Below are positions 59,868 to 64,000 of a DNA stretch of 64,000 bases, piece after piece. Position 1 is the stretch's first letter. Each line of letters starts with the position of its first letter. The stretch lies in IMG/VR virus record IMGVR_UViG_3300047547_000492; one strand, 5' to 3'. Origin of the DNA: an uncultured virus (IMG/VR IMGVR_UViG_3300047547_000492) (taxonomy: Duplodnaviria > Heunggongvirae > Uroviricota > Caudoviricetes). The notes beneath the pieces were generated by a model. That model was not told the DNA's origin. It did no database searches and saw only the letters and a list, made by a program, of their open reading frames with translations. A program made the translations under genes and the position numbers.

Positions 59868-59975
59868 CAGGATCTTCGATAATCTGAGCAATGCGTAATT
59901 CGGGGATCCTCAGGATCTTCGATAATCTGAGCAATGCGTAATTCGGGGATCCTCAGGATCTTCGATAATCTGAGC
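59868..59975. repeat. 43-bp tandem repeat CAGGATCTTCGATAATCTGAGCAATGCGTAATTCGGGGATCCT, 2.5 copies
   Basis: Direct reading. Confidence 0.95.
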
Positions 59976-60364
59976 GGGTGGTTTGGGGCGAGAGGCGGGG
60001 GGCCACGGTCACGGAGCCGAGCCCCCCGGCACTGCGTTCTCTGAAATCCCGATACCGATTCGTCAGCGGCACACTAGGTGCCTGGTCCGCGACCCCCTTA
60101 ACCGAGGGGTCCATCCGACCGAACGCCGAATTTACGTGGTACGCTTAATTGCGTGGCGTAAACTAGCGTCGAGTTACACGGGGTGGACAGGTGGGGTTGG
60201 GCAGTAGCGACCTTGTATCACAACCTAATCGCTGACGACGATATCGTGCGCATAGTGGGCCAACGAAGGGGTACGAGCTTCCATCGCGCGGAGCGATCAG
60301 GCGACGACTACCGGACCGTTGGACAACCCACGACTGACCATGGGTAGACCGCCTGACAAGCGTC

Positions 60365-60453
60365 TATCCAATGGTTCAGCATGCCGCGCCTACGCTACGG
60401 CCCTTAGGAACATCGGCTCACCTCGTAGGCGCGGCATCCTCAACCATTGGATA
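60365..60453 (+). promoter_or_regulatory. 30-bp imperfect inverted repeat (long RNA hairpin) abutting an RBS
   Basis: TATCCAATGGTT-cagc-ATGCCGCGCCTACG pairs with CGTAGGCGCGGCAT-cctc-AACCATTGGATA. Confidence 0.8.
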
Positions 60454-60464
60454 AGGAGTGCATC

Positions 60465-60608
60465 ATGTTCGCCACCGTCTTCATCACCTGGGCCGCCGGC
60501 GTGGCCCTCGTCCCCGCAGCCCTGACCTACCGGAGCCGTAAGGCTGTCGAGCAGAAGGACCTCCAGACGAACTTCGATCGAGTCATGAACCAGACCGCCA
60601 ACAAGTGA
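60465..60608 (+). CDS. 47-aa single-TM protein
   Basis: TAAGGAG RBS; MFATVFITWAAGVALVPAALTYRSRK... Confidence 0.65.
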   Translation: MFATVFITWAAGVALVPAALTYRSRKAVEQKDLQTNFDRVMNQTANK

Positions 60609-60609
60609 G

Positions 60610-60858
60610 GTGAGCGTGAGAGGGTACATCGGTAAGATCCTAAAGAACGGCGAGGAGGAGTCGTTCAAAGTTATCGACTTCACCGCGGATGAGGTCAACG
60701 GCACCACGGAGGTGTTCGTAAGAGCGGTGTCCCACGACAGAGCCGTGTGGCTGTGGTGGGACACCTTCGAGGGCGACTTCCGCCTCTGCGATGCAGACGG
60801 AGAGGTCGTACCAACCGATCGGGGTGGCTTCTCCATCCGAGATACCGAGAGGGGTTAG
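60610..60858 (+). CDS. Small early hypothetical protein
   Basis: GAGGTGA RBS; its stop codon lies inside ribozyme-like element 1. Confidence 0.65.
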   Translation: MSVRGYIGKILKNGEEESFKVIDFTADEVNGTTEVFVRAVSHDRAVWLWWDTFEGDFRLCDADGEVVPTDRGGFSIRDTERG

Positions 60859-60890
60859 GCTCGGTGCGGCGGCCTCCGGGCCGCGTCCCC
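60844..60890 (+). ncRNA. Pistol-like self-cleaving ribozyme candidate, copy 1
   Basis: ACCGAG-A-GGGG-TTAGG-CTCGGT-GCG-[GCGGCC tccg GGCCGC]-GT-CCCC. Confidence 0.7.
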
Positions 60891-60907
60891 ACAGCGAGAG
60901 GTGTTTC

Positions 60908-61084
60908 ATGCGCGTTGTCATCCGCCACAGGATCTCCAACGGCGTCCACGACGGCTTCGAGGCCCTTCTGATCGACGGATGGGTCTCGAAACACTCCATC
61001 AGCGGCCCATCGCTCGAGAGGGTCGTCACGCAGGTCTCAACGATGTGGTCGGGGTACCCCGTGTACAACGACCTGCTCGGGTAG
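60908..61084 (+). CDS. Small early hypothetical protein (58 aa)
   Basis: GAGAGGTG RBS before ATG 60908. Confidence 0.6.
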   Translation: MRVVIRHRISNGVHDGFEALLIDGWVSKHSISGPSLERVVTQVSTMWSGYPVYNDLLG

Positions 61085-61151
61085 TTACACGCGCGGGCCC
61101 GAGGGTTACACGCGGTGCCCGCGGATCAGCGATGCAGAATATGATCTAGGA

Positions 61152-61205
61152 GCCGGGAGGGGTTAGGCCCGGTGCGGCTCGAGGACCAGTCCTCGAAGCG
61201 TCCCC
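61152..61205 (+). ncRNA. Pistol-like self-cleaving ribozyme candidate, copy 2
   Basis: GCCGGG-A-GGGG-TTAGG-CCCGGT-GCG-[GCTCGAGGA ccag TCCTCGAaGC]-GT-CCCC. Confidence 0.7.
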
Positions 61206-61227
61206 AACAACACGACAGGAGTCCACA

Positions 61228-61794
61228 ATGGCCAAGACCATCGACACGATCGCCACCGCCGCCCTCTTCGCCTCGTTCAAGCCCGAGGCGCTCGCGGAGG
61301 AGCTCGCGGCCCGCAAGCTGAAGCCCGTCGAGGACGTCGGCACCGCGAGCATGCTCCTCGCGAGCGGATGTAGGAGCCTCGACGACGTCACCACGACCGT
61401 CATCAACCTCTCGCACGGCCAGGTGTCCGGCAAGGACATGACCGACATGCTGGCGAAGTGCTTCCCGAACCATCAGATCGGGGACAGGCACGGTCCGCAC
61501 TACCTCAGCCTCGTGCGGACCGGCGACTCGGGCAGCAAGATCGAGTGCCGCTTCCGCGTGGCCAAGCGTCAGCGGGTCGCCAAGACCGAGCCTGAGGCGA
61601 AGGTCGTCGAGGTCGAGCGGACCTACGACCTCAGCTCGCTGGACCCGAAGCACCTCGACAGGATCGTGAAGGCCGTCAAGGGGACGCCCCTCGAGAACCT
61701 GATCGCCAAGTGCCTCGAGACCAAGGTCGAGCCGAAGCTCGAGCCCGAGGTCAAGGTTCATGACCAGGAGGAAGCCGCTCCGGCCGCCAAGTAG
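61228..61794 (+). CDS. Early hypothetical protein sharing the RHGPHYLS domain with 8422-9084
   Basis: CAGGAG RBS; strongly GC3-biased codons. Confidence 0.8.
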   Translation: MAKTIDTIATAALFASFKPEALAEELAARKLKPVEDVGTASMLLASGCRSLDDVTTTVINLSHGQVSGKDMTDMLAKCFPNHQIGDRHGPHYLSLVRTGDSGSKIECRFRVAKRQRVAKTEPEAKVVEVERTYDLSSLDPKHLDRIVKAVKGTPLENLIAKCLETKVEPKLEPEVKVHDQEEAAPAAK

Positions 61795-61804
61795 CCGAGT
61801 GACG

Positions 61805-61852
61805 ACCGGGAGGGGTTAGGCCCGGTGCGGCGGTCCGACGGACCGCGTCCCC
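61805..61852 (+). ncRNA. Pistol-like self-cleaving ribozyme candidate, copy 3
   Basis: ACCGGG-A-GGGG-TTAGG-CCCGGT-GCG-[GCGGTCC gac GGACCGC]-GT-CCCC. Confidence 0.7.
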
Positions 61853-61868
61853 AATCGAGAGGTGTTCA

Positions 61869-62318
61869 ATGAACGATGATGCGGTCCACCCGTTGATCGC
61901 TCTGGCCGTCCGTCTCATGGTCCAGGACGAGTCACAACGAGTAGAATGCGGTCTGATCAACGCTCCGTCGGAGTGCGTCGCGATCATCTCGAAGGCCAAC
62001 GCCATGGAGATGGCCGAGGCCGTGGCGACGAGCGACGAAGACTTCCAGAAGCTCGCCAAACTCGCCGGCGACGAGACGATCTCCGCCCTGATCGACGCGG
62101 AGAGAGCGCGCAGTCCGTTCCTGGACGATGCCGACACGTTCGACATGGACGAGCCCTGGCCCTCGGACCTCGCGGATCCCGAGCCGCTCTGGTCGATGCT
62201 CACGACCTGGGTGCACCACTGCGAGCTGGTCAAGGAGCTCGACGACTCGAGGATGGCCAATGCTGACCGCGGACCGAGGTTCGCCGAGTACATGAAGAGC
62301 GCCCCACTCGTCGACTGA
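61869..62318 (+). CDS. Acidic early hypothetical protein
   Basis: GAGAGGTG RBS; 149 aa, D/E-rich. Confidence 0.75.
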   Translation: MNDDAVHPLIALAVRLMVQDESQRVECGLINAPSECVAIISKANAMEMAEAVATSDEDFQKLAKLAGDETISALIDAERARSPFLDDADTFDMDEPWPSDLADPEPLWSMLTTWVHHCELVKELDDSRMANADRGPRFAEYMKSAPLVD

Positions 62319-62343
62319 ACCGCCAACCCTAGGAGACACGCCG

Positions 62344-62517
62344 ATGGCCGTCGGAGAGAGCAAGAACGCAGGATTCGCGAAGGAGTGTGCGTCGGGATCC
62401 CGCTCCCGACGGTTCGGCAAGAGAGCGAGGACGAGGTCGTTCCGCAGGGAGACGATCCCCGACGACGAGCTCGAATGCGCGGCGTTCGACGACGTCACGA
62501 CGACCGGGAGGGGTTAG
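62344..62517 (+). CDS. Small hypothetical protein (57 aa)
   Basis: AGGAGA RBS; MAVGESKNAG...; TAG stop lies inside element 4. Confidence 0.55.
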   Translation: MAVGESKNAGFAKECASGSRSRRFGKRARTRSFRRETIPDDELECAAFDDVTTTGRG

Positions 62518-62550
62518 GCCCGGTGCGGCTCCCGTCGAGGGAGCGTCCCC
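62503..62550 (+). ncRNA. Pistol-like self-cleaving ribozyme candidate, copy 4
   Basis: ACCGGG-A-GGGG-TTAGG-CCCGGT-GCG-[GCTCCC gtcga GGGAGC]-GT-CCCC. Confidence 0.7.
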
Positions 62551-62568
62551 AACAACGAGAGGTGTTCA

Positions 62569-62943
62569 ATGCCCAAGGTGGACCTCAACGAGATCGCCAG
62601 GGTCTGCTACGAGAACGATCAGGGGGTCGCCTACGCCTACGGCGATCACGCCTGGCCGGCGGGATGCCCGACGGGCACCGACGCGCTCAAGCTCATCGAC
62701 GAGAAGGTGCGGTTCATGGGGTTCGAGCCGGACCACCTCAGGTCGGACGTGTGGAATGCGAAGGAACACTGCCTCCGTCTGATGTCGTATCCGAGGCCCG
62801 CGGTCAAGGTGCCCGACGGCAAGACCTTCGAGGAATGGGCCGATGACGTCGTCTCGGGGAAGGCCGGCGTGTCCGACGGGTGTCTGGCAAGCAGCCTCGA
62901 CGAGTTCGTCAAGCTGAACGAGCGACTCAAACGTTCCGAGTGA
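62569..62943 (+). CDS. Early hypothetical protein
   Basis: GAGAGGTG RBS; 124 aa. Confidence 0.75.
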   Translation: MPKVDLNEIARVCYENDQGVAYAYGDHAWPAGCPTGTDALKLIDEKVRFMGFEPDHLRSDVWNAKEHCLRLMSYPRPAVKVPDGKTFEEWADDVVSGKAGVSDGCLASSLDEFVKLNERLKRSE

Positions 62944-62989
62944 CTCGGAGGGGTTAGGCCGAGTGCGGCGGTCGAGAGGCCGCGTCCCC
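62943..62989 (+). ncRNA. Pistol-like self-cleaving ribozyme candidate, copy 5
   Basis: ACTCGG-A-GGGG-TTAGG-CCGAGT-GCG-[GCGGTC gaga GGCCGC]-GT-CCCC. Confidence 0.7.
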
Positions 62990-63007
62990 AACAACGAGAG
63001 GTGTCAA

Positions 63008-63361
63008 ATGTCGAGTGTGAAGTCGGCCGTTCAGGCCGCGATCGATCATCTGCGTGGCCGCGGCGTCGGGATCCCCGAAGACATGATCGATGACGCCGTC
63101 AACGTGGCCGAGGAGGTCGAGTCCGACGCAAACGAGGACGCCTGGGACGCCTGGGATCCCGACGAAGACCCGATGTACGCGGGCGATGGAACGTGGTTCG
63201 CTCAGGAGGACTCGGCCCTCCGCGCCTCCGGACCGGGCAACCCCCGGAACCTGCCCTGCCCGACCTGCCGCGAGCCCAACCGCCTGACCCCGGCCGACCG
63301 CGCCAGGGGCTACCAGTGCGACAGCTGCGCGGACAAGGTCGAGCGCGGGTGGATGGAATGA
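63008..63361 (+). CDS. Early protein with acidic middle and C-terminal Zn finger
   Basis: GAGAGGTG RBS; CPTC...CDSC. Confidence 0.75.
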   Translation: MSSVKSAVQAAIDHLRGRGVGIPEDMIDDAVNVAEEVESDANEDAWDAWDPDEDPMYAGDGTWFAQEDSALRASGPGNPRNLPCPTCREPNRLTPADRARGYQCDSCADKVERGWME

Positions 63362-64000
63362 GCCCCGAGACGAAACAGTGGGTCCGGGACGTGGCCTACG
63401 CAGCGTGCTCGGACCTCGAGAGGATGGACAAGGGCGTCGCGTTCGGGCGCACGTCCTGGAGCGTCGCCATCAACACCCGATGGCCGGCCGATGCGCCCAC
63501 CAAGTTCGTGGAGCGCCAACAGATTGTGTTCGACACCCTCAACGAGCTGTACGCTGAGAGCGCGTTCGTCACGTTCCAGGACGGCACCGTGATGACGAAA
63601 TTCGCCCTGAGTCGGATCCCCCGGGTCCCGCGCCTCAACTCCAGGCGCGGTCAGGCCGTCCGACTCGTCGCCTGGCTGATGCACCACGGCGGGCCGATGG
63701 CCCGGCACGAGGTCGTGCGCGCCGCGCTCAGGCGAGGGGCGCACCTCGGGTCCTCCAGTCGCCCCTCGCACGCGTGGTTGCTGTCGTGGTCCGGCGGCCT
63801 GAAGGGTGACGGGAGGCTGTGGGTCGGGAAGCGCATCCAGACCATCCGGCACGCCGACGGGACGTGCCGGGTGCGGTTCGGCTACCAGCTGTTCTTCCCC
63901 GGACCAAAGATCGAGCTGGCACTGAACGACGGGTTCGTTCCCGACGATCGAGACCACGCCCAGCTCGAGAAACTCATCGTCGACAACGCTCACCTGCTCG
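63358..64000 (+). CDS. Partial hypothetical protein (runs off the window)
   Basis: ATGA-coupled start; frame open to the end of the window. Confidence 0.6.
   Translation, partial: MSPETKQWVRDVAYAACSDLERMDKGVAFGRTSWSVAINTRWPADAPTKFVERQQIVFDTLNELYAESAFVTFQDGTVMTKFALSRIPRVPRLNSRRGQAVRLVAWLMHHGGPMARHEVVRAALRRGAHLGSSSRPSHAWLLSWSGGLKGDGRLWVGKRIQTIRHADGTCRVRFGYQLFFPGPKIELALNDGFVPDDRDHAQLEKLIVDNAHLL

Noticed and set aside
59587..59975. CRISPR array
   Set aside because: Repeats are head-to-tail with no unique spacers, and there are no cas genes.
60844..62989. Integron attC sites, because each element contains GTTAGGC (GTTRRRY)
   Set aside because: attC needs RYYYAAC first and GTTRRRY last in one long hairpin. 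Here GTTAGGC sits in a loop near the 5' end, the structure is a pseudoknot, and no integrase is present.
60844..62989. Intrinsic terminators, or hammerhead/twister/HDV ribozymes
   Set aside because: No U tract follows the hairpins; CUGAnGA/GAAA and twister or HDV core residues are absent. Only the pistol core order fits.

Overview
A GC-rich 64 kb segment of a tailed dsDNA bacteriophage with a contractile (myovirus-type) tail. No host genes, tRNA/rRNA, integrase or CRISPR were recognised, and no portal gene, so the genome probably extends beyond the window. All calls come from reading motifs by eye; no database was searched. The + strand arm (1-38.2 kb) carries nucleotide-modification and replication genes: SAM methyltransferase, SGNH hydrolase, dNMP kinase, a ThyA-fold enzyme with the dCMP-type Asp, PolA, dCMP deaminase, a fused type IIB topoisomerase, HD nucleotidase and DinG-like helicase. 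These are followed by baseplate, tail-fibre and terminase genes, then ligase, 5'-3' exonuclease, ThyX and a class II RNR. The - strand arm (38.2-59.5 kb) carries lysis, tail, neck, capsid, scaffold and protease genes. A repeat-rich non-coding divergence region (59.5-60.5 kb) precedes a + strand run of small early-type genes. The top finding is five copies of a covarying pseudoknotted RNA in that early region. Each matches the catalytic core of pistol self-cleaving ribozymes (UUARG loop, GCG, P3, GU) but lacks the P1 hairpin, and each sits directly in front of a ribosome-binding site. This suggests ribozyme-based processing of a polycistronic early mRNA. Other highlights are the Topo VIII-like fusion, a probable modified-cytosine pathway, and a -1 frameshift in the tail chaperone.
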